A stretch of DNA of 64,000 nucleotides. Origin: Gammaproteobacteria bacterium. GTDB taxonomy: Bacteria; Pseudomonadota; Gammaproteobacteria; JAJDYQ01. Position 1 is the stretch's first letter; the number at the start of each line of letters is the position of its first letter. The notes under the pieces were generated by a model. It saw nothing but the letters and a program-made list of their open reading frames with translations, did no database searches and was not told where the DNA came from. The DNA is taken from assembly GCA_028289815.1 (NCBI GenBank), contig JAPYNQ010000081.1, positions 24,577-88,576 of the forward strand, in the 5' to 3' direction. The position numbers were made by a program, and so were the translations under genes. Positions 31,237-40,659 of the stretch are shown here, one piece after another.

Positions 31237-33411
31237 TCAGCTCTCATGTTTGCTTGCCTTTAGCTCCAGCCGACGCTTGTGTAGCGGTGGTTCGGTATAA
31301 CCATTGGATGTCTCACGCCCCATGAAAATCAAATCTTTTGCGGCCTCAAATGCCTTACCTGCAAAGCTCGGGGCCATGTCGATATAATTGGAATCGTCGC
31401 TGTTCTGACCATCAACCACCTGCGCCATCCGCTGCAGGGTTTCAATGACCTGATCTGCTGATACGATTTCATGGTGTAGCCAATTTGCTATATGCTGACT
31501 GGAAATACGGCAGGTTGCACGGTCTTCCATCAAACCGATGTTGTTAATATCCGGCACCTTGGAGCAACCAACGCCCTGCTCAACCCAGCGCACGACATAG
31601 CCAAGGATGCCTTGGCAGTTGTTATCCAGCTCCTGCTGGATCTCTTCTGCAGACCAGGATGGTTCCAGTTCGACAGGAATGGTGAGTATATCATCAAGGT
31701 TTGCCCGTTTGCGTGATTTAAGTTCTTCCTGTCGTGCAGGCACATCAACCTCATGATAATGCAGGGAGTGCAATGTCGCGGCAGTGGGAGAGGGTACCCA
31801 AGCGCAGTTGGCACCGGCATTTGGATGCGCCAGCTTGGTTGCCATCATCTGAGCCATCTCATCCGGCATGGGCCACATGCCCTTGCCGATTTGTGCGTGT
31901 CCCGGCAGTCCGCAGGCCAGGCCTATATCGACATTCCAGTCTTCATAGGCGTTAATCCATGTCTGGGACTTCATGTCTGCCTTACGCACCATGGCACCGG
32001 CTTCCATGGATGTATGGATTTCATCCCCTGTGCGATCAAGGAAGCCGGTATTGATAAAAATTATGCGCTCGCTGGCCTGACGGATACACTCCTTTAAATT
32101 GACTGTGGTGCGGCGCTCCTCATCCATGATGCCTATTTTGATAGTGCTGGGCTGCATGTCCAGAAGTTGTTCAACACGGCTAAACAATGTAACGGCAAAG
32201 GCAGCTTCATCCGGGCCGTGCATCTTGGGCTTGACCACATACATAGAACCGCAGCGCGAATTATTGAATTGTCCCAGTCCCTTGAGATCGTGTAATGCTA
32301 TCAGTCCGGTAAAAGCGACATCCATCATGCCTTCAAAGACCTCATTACCGTTTGCATCCAGAATGGCCGGATTGGTCATCAGGTGCCCGACATTACGTAC
32401 CAGCATCAATGAGCGTCCTGGCAATGTGAACTGCTGACCACTGGTTGCCGTATAGCCTCTGTCAGGGTTGAGAGAGCGGTCAATCATGGTGCCGCCTTTG
32501 GGGAAACTGGCGCTCAGGTCGCCTTTCATCAGGCCAAGCCAGTTTCGATAGACACCGGTTTTTTCCTCGGCATCCACGGCGGCTACCGAGTCTTCGCAAT
32601 CCTGAATGGTGGTAATCGCCGATTCCAAGACTATATCGCATATGCCGGCCGGATGAGTCGCACCGACCGGATGATTTCTGTCTATCTGAATTTCGATATG
32701 CAGGTGATGGTGTTTGAAGAGCAGAGCGGAGGGTGAAGATGCTTCTCCTTGATAGCCGACAAACTGTGTGCCGTTTACCAGCGTCGTTGCCCTGTCATCA
32801 ATACTAACCTGTAGTTCAGTACCATCTACTGTGTAGCGGGTGGCCTCGCCGTGAAAACCATTGACCAGAGGTAACGCCTTATCCAGAAAATCCATTGCAT
32901 AGCGAATGACTTTCTCACCACGAACGGGGTTATAGCGGCTGCCTTTTTCTGCACCACCGCCCTCGCTTATGACATCAGTTCCATAGAGCGCATCATAGAG
33001 GGAACCCCAGCGTGCATTGGCGGCATTCAATGCGTATCGTGCATTATTCACCGGTACTACGAGTTGCGGGCCGGCGATCATTGATATTTCAGGATCGACA
33101 TTGGCCGTGGTCGCTGCGAAATCATCGCCCTCCGGGACAAGATAACCAATTTCTTGCAGAAACCGCTTATAGGCGACGGCATCATGCGGCTGACCCTTAC
33201 GTTGCAGATGCCATGCGTCAATTTTGGCCTGCAGCTCGTCACGGTGCGCCAATAACTCCCGGTTGCGCGGCGTCAGATCAGCCACAATACCGGCAAAGCC
33301 TGCCCAAAACTGATCGGGTTGTATGCCAGTACCCGGTATTGCTTCCGAGTTGACGAATTGATAAAGCCCGGAATCGACTTGAAGATTGTTGATGTCAATA
33401 TAGTTGTTCAT
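31237..33411 (-). CDS. glcB: Malate synthase G
   Basis: About 725 aa from Met22 ([21 protein letters not shown]...), with typical GlcB length and N-terminus. The track ORF starts 63 nt further upstream. Confidence 0.95.
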   Translation of the reverse strand: MNNYIDINNLQVDSGLYQFVNSEAIPGTGIQPDQFWAGFAGIVADLTPRNRELLAHRDELQAKIDAWHLQRKGQPHDAVAYKRFLQEIGYLVPEGDDFAATTANVDPEISMIAGPQLVVPVNNARYALNAANARWGSLYDALYGTDVISEGGGAEKGSRYNPVRGEKVIRYAMDFLDKALPLVNGFHGEATRYTVDGTELQVSIDDRATTLVNGTQFVGYQGEASSPSALLFKHHHLHIEIQIDRNHPVGATHPAGICDIVLESAITTIQDCEDSVAAVDAEEKTGVYRNWLGLMKGDLSASFPKGGTMIDRSLNPDRGYTATSGQQFTLPGRSLMLVRNVGHLMTNPAILDANGNEVFEGMMDVAFTGLIALHDLKGLGQFNNSRCGSMYVVKPKMHGPDEAAFAVTLFSRVEQLLDMQPSTIKIGIMDEERRTTVNLKECIRQASERIIFINTGFLDRTGDEIHTSMEAGAMVRKADMKSQTWINAYEDWNVDIGLACGLPGHAQIGKGMWPMPDEMAQMMATKLAHPNAGANCAWVPSPTAATLHSLHYHEVDVPARQEELKSRKRANLDDILTIPVELEPSWSAEEIQQELDNNCQGILGYVVRWVEQGVGCSKVPDINNIGLMEDRATCRISSQHIANWLHHEIVSADQVIETLQRMAQVVDGQNSDDSNYIDMAPSFAGKAFEAAKDLIFMGRETSNGYTEPPLHKRRLELKASKHES

Positions 33412-33751
33412 TGGATTAAAGGGAAAACAGGTGGAGGATGTGAGGATAGTAAAACCGGCGGCAATAGTATACACCAGTCATTGAGAAAATTAAATCGTGG
33501 TAGAGAGGAACACAGCTGGCCTTGCAGGCGGTTGTCCTTGCTTCTGGCGCCAGAATTTCCCTCGATTTCATCCACACCAGAAAATCCGGTGGTTCCATAT
33601 CTGTTTTTTTGGTCAGCTCAGAGTGAATGGTGCTTATCGTGAAGCAGAACATAGCGCTTAATTTGCTCAAGTAGTCTTCATCGGCCTGTAGAGAATGGTT
33701 TAATTGTCATAAGCGATCTCTCGCCGAGTCCAAATTGGAGGCTGTACAGTG

Positions 33752-34651
33752 CTATAACAATATCAAGATCAAGGCAATAACCACTAAGCCAATCAATGCA
33801 CCGATCATCATCCGCCTCAAATTCAGAAGATCCGCCTTCACCGAGGCGATGTCAGCCTTTGTTGCCAGTGAGTGTGACGGGGTTTTCATGCTGGCCTGAT
33901 CCTTTGCAGTTTTGACTTTTGTTTCCAATGGCAGAGCTTCTTTTTCATCAGTCGGTCCTTCAAGAGGGAGTGCATCCTGCGCTTCAGGCTGAGTATCGTG
34001 GTCGCGATATATTTCTTTGAAATTCTCCGGAGATTCCAAGGCATCGCGTAGTTTGTCTGCGTGCCTTAAAGATACATACAGGGCGGCAGAACGGGCTTGG
34101 CAGCTGAATGATTTTTTCGGATTGAACTCGATATCGGTAAATCCATGATACTTCATCTCCATCAATTCATCGGATAAATGTTTGTTTTGATCTAGGGCAT
34201 TAACATATACCCAGTCGTAGAAAAAAGTTTCAGGCTGGAGGGGGAACTCTTTCCCAAAAAACAAGAAGGCAACAAGCCTTCCCGATTCTTTTAGCCGCTT
34301 ATCCTTTTTGGCATCGCGTGATGTCTTATTCAGTAGATCAGTAAATGGCCCTCCGTTCTCAAATTTCTTGCTGCTTTGAAATGCAGTCTCGACAGAAAAC
34401 TTTTCTCCCTTTCGTTGAGTTGTAATCATCAGATTAAATGCACTTAATTTAATACCCAGCTCATCTTTTGATTTGCTTGATATTTCGAGGATGGGAGAAA
34501 TTTTTTGCTCTGCTGCCGCGTCATGCAGTGATTGAACAGATTTTTGTTTTTGGATTTTTGCTATTCCGGGAAACCATTCAAAATTAATCGTGACTTCATC
34601 GACGCCAGCCTCGGGAGCAGTCTTCGGTACAAATATGGGACGGCTGGCCAT
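33752..34651 (-). CDS. Uncharacterised partner of the DarT-like enzyme: about 200-aa globular domain, acidic P/E/A linker, short coiled coil, and a C-terminal TM anchor
   Basis: 299-aa ORF. Its ATG lies 6 nt after the upstream gene's stop, and a GAGGAA SD sits inside the upstream gene's last codons. The C-terminus RRMMIGALIGLVVIALILILL* is a terminal hydrophobic helix. No macrodomain motifs are present. There is a weak SxExxFQxxKKF motif (FSVETAFQSSKKF). Confidence 0.7.
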   Translation of the reverse strand: MASRPIFVPKTAPEAGVDEVTINFEWFPGIAKIQKQKSVQSLHDAAAEQKISPILEISSKSKDELGIKLSAFNLMITTQRKGEKFSVETAFQSSKKFENGGPFTDLLNKTSRDAKKDKRLKESGRLVAFLFFGKEFPLQPETFFYDWVYVNALDQNKHLSDELMEMKYHGFTDIEFNPKKSFSCQARSAALYVSLRHADKLRDALESPENFKEIYRDHDTQPEAQDALPLEGPTDEKEALPLETKVKTAKDQASMKTPSHSLATKADIASVKADLLNLRRMMIGALIGLVVIALILILL

Positions 34652-34657
34652 GCCAGG

Positions 34658-35314
34658 CTAATTCCTCGGGCCAAATACTTTTGTTCCTTCTTTACAATAC
34701 AACGTGCGTAGGCTTGGGTATTTCTTTCGGTATTGCTGCCTAGCCGTCTCGTTATTGAATACAAGTCCAAGTATCTTTTTCGGGCTGATAGTATCAAATA
34801 CCAACACCTCAGCCTGAGGATCGGTGGGGTAGCATGGTTTAAGGCTTCGCCTCTCTCGGGTGTCGTCCTTTGGATCTTCTATTTCATCAAACATCGCATT
34901 AAGAGCATTGTGATTACTTAATTGTTCTTTGGGCAGTTTCCGAATACGGTGGTCAGCCGCATTCTGTTTACAGAAGGCGCATTCAGATTTCCAGAGTATA
35001 CTTTTATGTATAAGAAGTACCACCCATTCAATTTTTTTACCAAGTATCTTCCAGTCAATTTCAGCTTCACATCTGTATTTATAGAACATTTTATCATTTG
35101 GGAAAGTAATGGACAGAGAAATGGAGTCGCGCCACCCGTCTAGTCGCTTATTATCATTTATTTCTGCCTTCAGTTTGCCTTGATCAATATCGCTGCGAGT
35201 GACAATACCATGCTCCAGAATCCCATCAAGATTCTTAAGACGAGTGAAGTGAACAAGATATGAAATCTCTCTGGCTTTGACGATGTCCTTAAGTTTTTCA
35301 GTATCGGATTTCAC
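34658..35314 (-). CDS. DarT-like (DUF4433-type) ADP-ribosyltransferase
   Basis: 218-aa ORF with motifs in DarT order and spacing: YLVHFTRLKNLDGILEHGI (H-x-T NAD site; compare DarT YHITHIDNL), ITFPNDKMFYKY (compare VPFYFCPRSPMLY), FCKQNAAD (compare F.TDGNA), and DPQAEVLVFDTISPKKI (catalytic Glu context; compare KQAEFLV). AT-rich relative to its neighbours. Confidence 0.72.
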   Translation of the reverse strand: MKSDTEKLKDIVKAREISYLVHFTRLKNLDGILEHGIVTRSDIDQGKLKAEINDNKRLDGWRDSISLSITFPNDKMFYKYRCEAEIDWKILGKKIEWVVLLIHKSILWKSECAFCKQNAADHRIRKLPKEQLSNHNALNAMFDEIEDPKDDTRERRSLKPCYPTDPQAEVLVFDTISPKKILGLVFNNETARQQYRKKYPSLRTLYCKEGTKVFGPRN

Positions 35315-35393
35315 GATTAGTATTCTTGGTTATGTAATCACTTCACAGAAGTAATATTTTCTATGTCACTCCAGTCAATAACAGAAGAGATGC

Positions 35394-38300
35394 TCACCGT
35401 TCCCCAACTCTCAATAAACTTGGCAGCAGGATCATGGTAAATATTACACTTACTGACATGCCACCGATAATTACGCCGGCGAGGCCGCGATAGAGCTCGC
35501 TGCCGGCCCCCGGAATCAGTAGCAGAGGTAACATACCGAACAGGCTGGTCAGGGTGCTCATCAAAATCGGGCGCAGCCTGCGGTGTACAGCACGGCTGAC
35601 GGCATCACGACGCGGTATACCTTCGCGTTCCGAGCTGCGTGTTTGATGTACTAGCAGGATGGCATTATTGACAACCAATCCGAGCAGGATGACGAAGCCA
35701 ATCATGGTGAGCAAGTCCATGGGTTGGAAGGAAAACAGGTTGATGACCTGCAGCGCCAGTACGCCGCCAACCGTGGCAAGCGGTATCGCCAGCATGACCA
35801 GCAGGCTGTCTTTGAAGGAACGGAACAGGGCACTCATCAGCAGATACAGGACCACGATGGCGAGGCCAAAGCTGCCGCCCATGCTGGCGAGTGCGGTTTT
35901 CAGCTTGTCGGCGGTGCCGCCATAGGAGATGCTGCCGCCTTCGGGTAGTTGTGTGCGGATAGCCGGTTCTGCCTCAGTACGTAGTTTTTCCAGCGCCACT
36001 TCCAGTGCCAGGTCACTGGGCGGGGTAACCTGCAGAGTAATGGTTCGGCGGCGGTCCAGGCGCCTTATTTCATCCGGCCCGGCGGTGCGCTGCATGGCGA
36101 CCAGCTCGCTGAGCGGTACAGTGCCGGCATTGGGTGTGGTGACCGGTGTGCTCATAAGCTGTTCCGGCGTATCCCAAGGTGTGCCACGCAGGATGATGTT
36201 CAGTTGGTCTTCGCCGTCGAAGTAATCTCCGACATAGAGGCCGTCTCCCAAGGCGCGGACGATGCCGGCTATGTCTCCGCGGTTCCAGCCGACTTCGGCG
36301 ATACGCCGTTCATCGGGGAGCAGGCGCAGTTCCGGTTCTCCCAGTTGCAGGCCGGGCAGGGGGCGTATACGTGAGCCGGGCATAACCTGTGAAATAACGC
36401 CATAGCCGGTTTGTGCTGCCTGCAAAATCGACTCAATATCGCGACCATGAATATTGACATTAATGCTGCGGCCTTCACCAAAGCCCCGGAATAATCCGGC
36501 CTGCCTAGCGATGCCGAAGGTGTCTGGAAATCTTGATACCATGTTCTGAATAATGGGTTCCAGCTCACGAATACGATGATCCTCAACCGCACGTGCGCCC
36601 ATAAAGACCCCGAAGGGGAAGGCGACGAAGAAGTAATGCTTGACCTGTGGTTGTTGCTCGCCGGATAGATAAGGCTTCATTTCCTTGGCAATAACATTGC
36701 CCATTTCATTTTGTATCTGGTCAATGTTACTGCCGGGTGGTGGCAGGATAAAGGCAAATACCAGATTGCGGTTGCCGGTAGGCAGGTAGTCCGCCTTGGG
36801 CAGGGCAATAAACGTTGCCGCCAGTGGTATAGTCAGCAGCAGTGCGATCCAGCTGGTACGTCTTGCAGGCGTATCCGTGATACGCATAATGCCGTTACTG
36901 ATGTGTTTCCACCAGCCATGATGCGGATCGCTGAGGTCGATGTTCTTGAACCAAACCTTGGCAGCAGTCGGGATGATGGTCACCGCAACGATTAACGAGG
37001 CAATCACGGCTACTGAAATGGTCATAGCTAGGTCGGCGAATAACTGTCCGGCCTCGTTTTCCAGAAAGATGATAGGCAGAAATATGGCAACCGTGGTGGC
37101 CGTTGAGGCGAGCAGGGCACCCCAGACTTGGCCGGTACCTTTGATGGAGGCACTGTCGCTGTCTGCTCCCTGTTCCCGCAGACGTACAATATTCTCCAGT
37201 ACGATAATGCAGGCATCCAGTACCATGCCAACAGCAAATGCCAGGCCGGCAAGTGAAATAACGTTGAGAGTACGACCGAAGAAGTACATGGTCACAAATG
37301 CCACCAGCATACAGATCGGTATGGCAACAGCGACCATGAAGGTGGCGCGCAGCCTTCGGAGGAACCACCATAGAACGGCTACTGCCAGGATAATGCCGAG
37401 GCTGAGGCTGTTACGCAGCAGGCTGATGGCGCGTTCAATATAAATGGTTTCGTCATAGACCTGTTCGATAGTCAGCCCCTCATCCTTGAAGGGTCCTTCT
37501 TCAAGTGTCCTGACAGCCTCCTGCAGGCCACCCATGACATCAAGTACATTGACACCGGTTTCGCGCAAGGCATTGACTGCCACCACCAGATCACCCCCGG
37601 CAATAACAAAGCTGTCACGGTCCTGCAGTGCGATATCGACCTCAGCCACATCTCTGAGCATGATCGGCCTGCCGTTGCGCCATTCGATGATGAGTTCGCC
37701 CAATTTATCGGCATCATAGGCGCCGGCGAATCGCAGCGTGTAGCGCCGCTTACCGACTTCATTAAAGCCGCCGGATATGTCTTCCCCCGAACCTGCCAGC
37801 ATGGAGGCGACCGGCAGCTGAATGCCTTTGGAGGCGGCTTTCCAGGGATCAAAGGTGATACGGACTTCGCGTGTACGCGCACCGCGTATCTGTGATTCGG
37901 CAACGCCAGGGACCTGTTCAAAACGGGACTGGATGGTTTCTTCCAGATAGTCATAATAGCTGTCAACGGGCTTATCGTTGCCTGGTGCGGTACGCAGGAT
38001 AAACCAGGCGATCGGGCTGGCATCGCCGCCGACACTTCTGATGACCGGCTCATCGGCATCGGCCGGATAGCTCGGTACCCGGTTCAGACGGTTCATCACT
38101 TCCAGCAGGATACGGTCCAGGCTCGTGCCAACCTCTAGGGTAATGGTAATTTCACCTTCGCCACGTCGAACTCTGGAAAGCATTTTGGTCATGCCGGGCA
38201 TGCCACGCAGTACGCGCTCCTGGGGTTCAATAATTTCCTGCTCAACCTCTTCGGGTGCGGCGGCACGCCAACTGGTTCTGATAGTAATTTCGGGTTCGTC

Positions 38301-38420
38301 AACTTCAGGTGTGAGCTGAATAGGCAGGCGGTCCAAGCCTATCAGACCAAAAATGCCGACTAGCAGCGCAGCCACCAGTACAGCAACCGGATTTCCCAGT
38401 GAGGTTTGGGTGAGATTCAT
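35394..38420 (-). CDS. RND efflux transporter permease (AcrB/HAE-type, 12 TM)
   Basis: 1008-aa ORF with two large periplasmic loops and conserved RND TM4/TM10-like segments (LAFAVGMVLDACIIVLENI; GFVILLGLVVNNAILLV). Confidence 0.93.
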   Translation of the reverse strand: MNLTQTSLGNPVAVLVAALLVGIFGLIGLDRLPIQLTPEVDEPEITIRTSWRAAAPEEVEQEIIEPQERVLRGMPGMTKMLSRVRRGEGEITITLEVGTSLDRILLEVMNRLNRVPSYPADADEPVIRSVGGDASPIAWFILRTAPGNDKPVDSYYDYLEETIQSRFEQVPGVAESQIRGARTREVRITFDPWKAASKGIQLPVASMLAGSGEDISGGFNEVGKRRYTLRFAGAYDADKLGELIIEWRNGRPIMLRDVAEVDIALQDRDSFVIAGGDLVVAVNALRETGVNVLDVMGGLQEAVRTLEEGPFKDEGLTIEQVYDETIYIERAISLLRNSLSLGIILAVAVLWWFLRRLRATFMVAVAIPICMLVAFVTMYFFGRTLNVISLAGLAFAVGMVLDACIIVLENIVRLREQGADSDSASIKGTGQVWGALLASTATTVAIFLPIIFLENEAGQLFADLAMTISVAVIASLIVAVTIIPTAAKVWFKNIDLSDPHHGWWKHISNGIMRITDTPARRTSWIALLLTIPLAATFIALPKADYLPTGNRNLVFAFILPPPGSNIDQIQNEMGNVIAKEMKPYLSGEQQPQVKHYFFVAFPFGVFMGARAVEDHRIRELEPIIQNMVSRFPDTFGIARQAGLFRGFGEGRSINVNIHGRDIESILQAAQTGYGVISQVMPGSRIRPLPGLQLGEPELRLLPDERRIAEVGWNRGDIAGIVRALGDGLYVGDYFDGEDQLNIILRGTPWDTPEQLMSTPVTTPNAGTVPLSELVAMQRTAGPDEIRRLDRRRTITLQVTPPSDLALEVALEKLRTEAEPAIRTQLPEGGSISYGGTADKLKTALASMGGSFGLAIVVLYLLMSALFRSFKDSLLVMLAIPLATVGGVLALQVINLFSFQPMDLLTMIGFVILLGLVVNNAILLVHQTRSSEREGIPRRDAVSRAVHRRLRPILMSTLTSLFGMLPLLLIPGAGSELYRGLAGVIIGGMSVSVIFTMILLPSLLRVGER

Positions 38421-38429
38421 TTGGCAGGA

Positions 38430-39479
38430 TTAGCGGGCGGGTTTGATCTGAACATCCTGTCCGGGCCGTAGCCGTTCGTTGCCGCGTATGACAAGCTGGT
38501 CACCATCACTCAGGTCGCCGATGGCTTCAATCAGATCGCCGCTGGCGATACCAGTCTGAATGTCAATTTTCTCCGACTTATTGTCAGCGATACGAAATAC
38601 CGAGATGCCATCGCGGCGGATGACCAGCGCGTCGCGTGGGATAGCCAGCGCACTGCGTGCCGCCTGTGTGGGGAGTGAGACTCTTAGTGACTGGCCCGCA
38701 TACCAGATAGCGCTGTCCGGTTGCAGAATGATATCGTATAGGCCGGATTCGGTATCACCCACATTAACGATGGAGACAATTTTGGCGGTGCTATTTTGAT
38801 TTGCATCTCTGATTTTGATAATTTGCCCGATACTCAGATGTGGCAAATTCAGTGCCGAGGCACGGGCACGGATTTCCAGCCTTGTCGGGTCGGCGACAGC
38901 AATAATATCATCTCCTGCAGCAACCCACTCCCCGGGGCGTTTGATACGCTCGGTGACAATGCCGGCAAATGGTGCCTTTATGCTGAGACGCTCAAGGTTA
39001 AAATATGCGCGGCTGAGACGAACCTTGCCGGCTTGCAGTTCCTGTTGGCTGACGTTACGTTCTGAACGGGTTCGTTCAAGCTGTGTTTTGGAGACATGAT
39101 CGGATTCCGAAAGGCGGGCTAAACGATCAGTCTCCCTTTCCAGATACTCCAAGCGGGCCTGTTCCCGGCTGACGACTACTTCGGCCTCCCGGAGACTGAT
39201 TGTGTAGTCCTCATCGTCAAGTTGCACCAGTTCATCACCCGGATTAAATATGCTACCGGTTTTCAGCACTTCCAGTAGCCGGCCATCCAGCTCAGCCGCG
39301 ATATGTGCGCGATTGACGCTGTAAACCGTTGCCGGGACATCCTGAAACGGTGCGATGGAAATCGTTTTTGCCGGCGCGACCTGTACCAAGGCAGGTGGTA
39401 TCTGGGCCATGCCCGCTGTTAGTGTCAGCAGCCCGGAGGCCAGGAGAGCTGCCTTAAAATTACTTAAATCCATATTCAT
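38430..39479 (-). CDS. RND efflux periplasmic adaptor (membrane fusion protein, HlyD family)
   Basis: 349-aa ORF with a signal/anchor, a coiled-coil hairpin (EVVVSREQARLEYLERETDRLARLSE), and lipoyl/beta-barrel segments. It sits directly upstream of the RND permease. Confidence 0.88.
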   Translation of the reverse strand: MNMDLSNFKAALLASGLLTLTAGMAQIPPALVQVAPAKTISIAPFQDVPATVYSVNRAHIAAELDGRLLEVLKTGSIFNPGDELVQLDDEDYTISLREAEVVVSREQARLEYLERETDRLARLSESDHVSKTQLERTRSERNVSQQELQAGKVRLSRAYFNLERLSIKAPFAGIVTERIKRPGEWVAAGDDIIAVADPTRLEIRARASALNLPHLSIGQIIKIRDANQNSTAKIVSIVNVGDTESGLYDIILQPDSAIWYAGQSLRVSLPTQAARSALAIPRDALVIRRDGISVFRIADNKSEKIDIQTGIASGDLIEAIGDLSDGDQLVIRGNERLRPGQDVQIKPAR

Positions 39480-39881
39480 TTTGGTGTGTATATCATCAGA
39501 GCATAACTGCTTTTAGAGGTAGCCGGACAGGACCATACAGGAATCACTCAGAATTCGCTTGGCCCAAGATCCTCCTAATAATACAATAGAACCGTCTGGA
39601 AATCTAGGTTAAGCGGCTGGCTAGGCTAAAATCAGTGTGTACAATGCAAAACGGTTCCGTAAGCCGTTTCAATCTTTACGTGGACTATTACCACGGATGG
39701 CGGGATCGAATACGGTAAAAGTGCCATGCTTGTGGTATTGGTGAGGAATCTCGAAAAACCATATGGCGTTATACAGCAGTTCGTCGAAGGTTCCCTGTAT
39801 CCTGATGGTCGGGATAGTTTCGTTCTTTGGGATATGAGGGAGTGTCGTCGAGTCAGTTATGAATTTTAATGAGGAATGAAC

Positions 39882-40175
39882 ATGCAAATTCGTAATCACG
39901 TTTATACCGCCCTCGCTGGTGTCATGGTGATGGGGATGATAATGGGCCATGCCGCGGCACAGATTTCGCCGCCGCTGGTGCCATACGCCCAGCAGATGCC
40001 GGGTGTGGTTCCTCCGTTGATGCAGAGGCCTTATGCCCCATACGGTGCACCTCTTCCATCAGACTACTATCCACCGGAAGCCAAGGGTAACTACCTGTTT
40101 CCAAGTTACGGGTTGCCTCGCGGATACCCGCTAGCGAGCAACGGCAACCGGTTTGGTAGCCATAACATGCCCTAG
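39882..40175 (+). CDS. Secreted low-complexity P/Y/G-rich protein (hypothetical)
   Basis: Signal peptide (IRNHVYTALAGVMVMGMIMGHAAAQ) followed by PPLVPYAQQMPGVVPPLMQRPYAPYGAPLPSDYYPP.... SD GAGGAA lies 7 nt before the ATG at 39882. It ends at TAG 40173-40175. Confidence 0.45.
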   Translation: MQIRNHVYTALAGVMVMGMIMGHAAAQISPPLVPYAQQMPGVVPPLMQRPYAPYGAPLPSDYYPPEAKGNYLFPSYGLPRGYPLASNGNRFGSHNMP

Positions 40176-40199
40176 TCAGGTAACTGGAACAGTAATGAC

Positions 40200-40424
40200 A
40201 TGACATGGTCTGGTAATGAGCGATACTGGGGCAGGGGTGGTACGACCATGCCGTGGCAGGGCTGGCACAAAGACCGTTACCCTTGGAACAGGGAAGAGAA
40301 TTACGAAATTCTTCCTTGGAACTGGAACATTAACAACGGTCCGTGGAATGGTTGGGCGGAGCGCCATCGTAAATTCAAAACTAGGAAATACGATAGTGGT
40401 AGCAGCAGTGTCGATATTAACTAA
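40200..40424 (+). CDS. W/N/G-rich low-complexity ORF, in the same frame as the preceding ORF (possible downstream half of one interrupted gene)
   Basis: Same reading frame as 39876-40175, and the only stop between them is the TAG at 40173. The codons right after the TAG (SGNWNSND) already have the W/N-rich composition. The ORF has no signal peptide or SD of its own. Confidence 0.25.
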   Translation: MTWSGNERYWGRGGTTMPWQGWHKDRYPWNREENYEILPWNWNINNGPWNGWAERHRKFKTRKYDSGSSSVDIN

Positions 40425-40659
40425 AGCCTGTCTTAAAACTTTTTGAGGGAGTCTTGGACAACTCTATCCCTGAATTATCAGTGTACAAAAAACAATCATG
40501 TAAGCTGATCAGAATTTGATTGCATACAGAACAGATTAGAAATCAGATTATTTTCAGCCGCCTGTTAATGCCGACAAGCGTACCAGAGATTCTGAGTATC
40601 TCTACAGTTCGTAGTCAATCAGCCGAACTGATAGCCAGCAGAAAAAGGAATGAAGAGAA

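Noticed and set aside
35659-38059. Multiple 70-195-aa ORFs on both strands inside the RND permease gene (for example 36895-37371, 36940-37443, 37472-38059)
   Set aside because: They all overlap the 1008-aa RND ORF, which has clear family motifs. They are R/S/P/A-rich, as expected for off-frame translations of GC-rich coding DNA.
39669-39950. 93-aa minus-strand ORF with a His-rich N-terminus (MAHYHPHHHD...)
   Set aside because: It overlaps the start and signal peptide of the better-supported plus-strand secreted ORF. It has no SD or recognisable family. Its C-terminal part looks vaguely protein-like, but there is no start codon that avoids the overlap.
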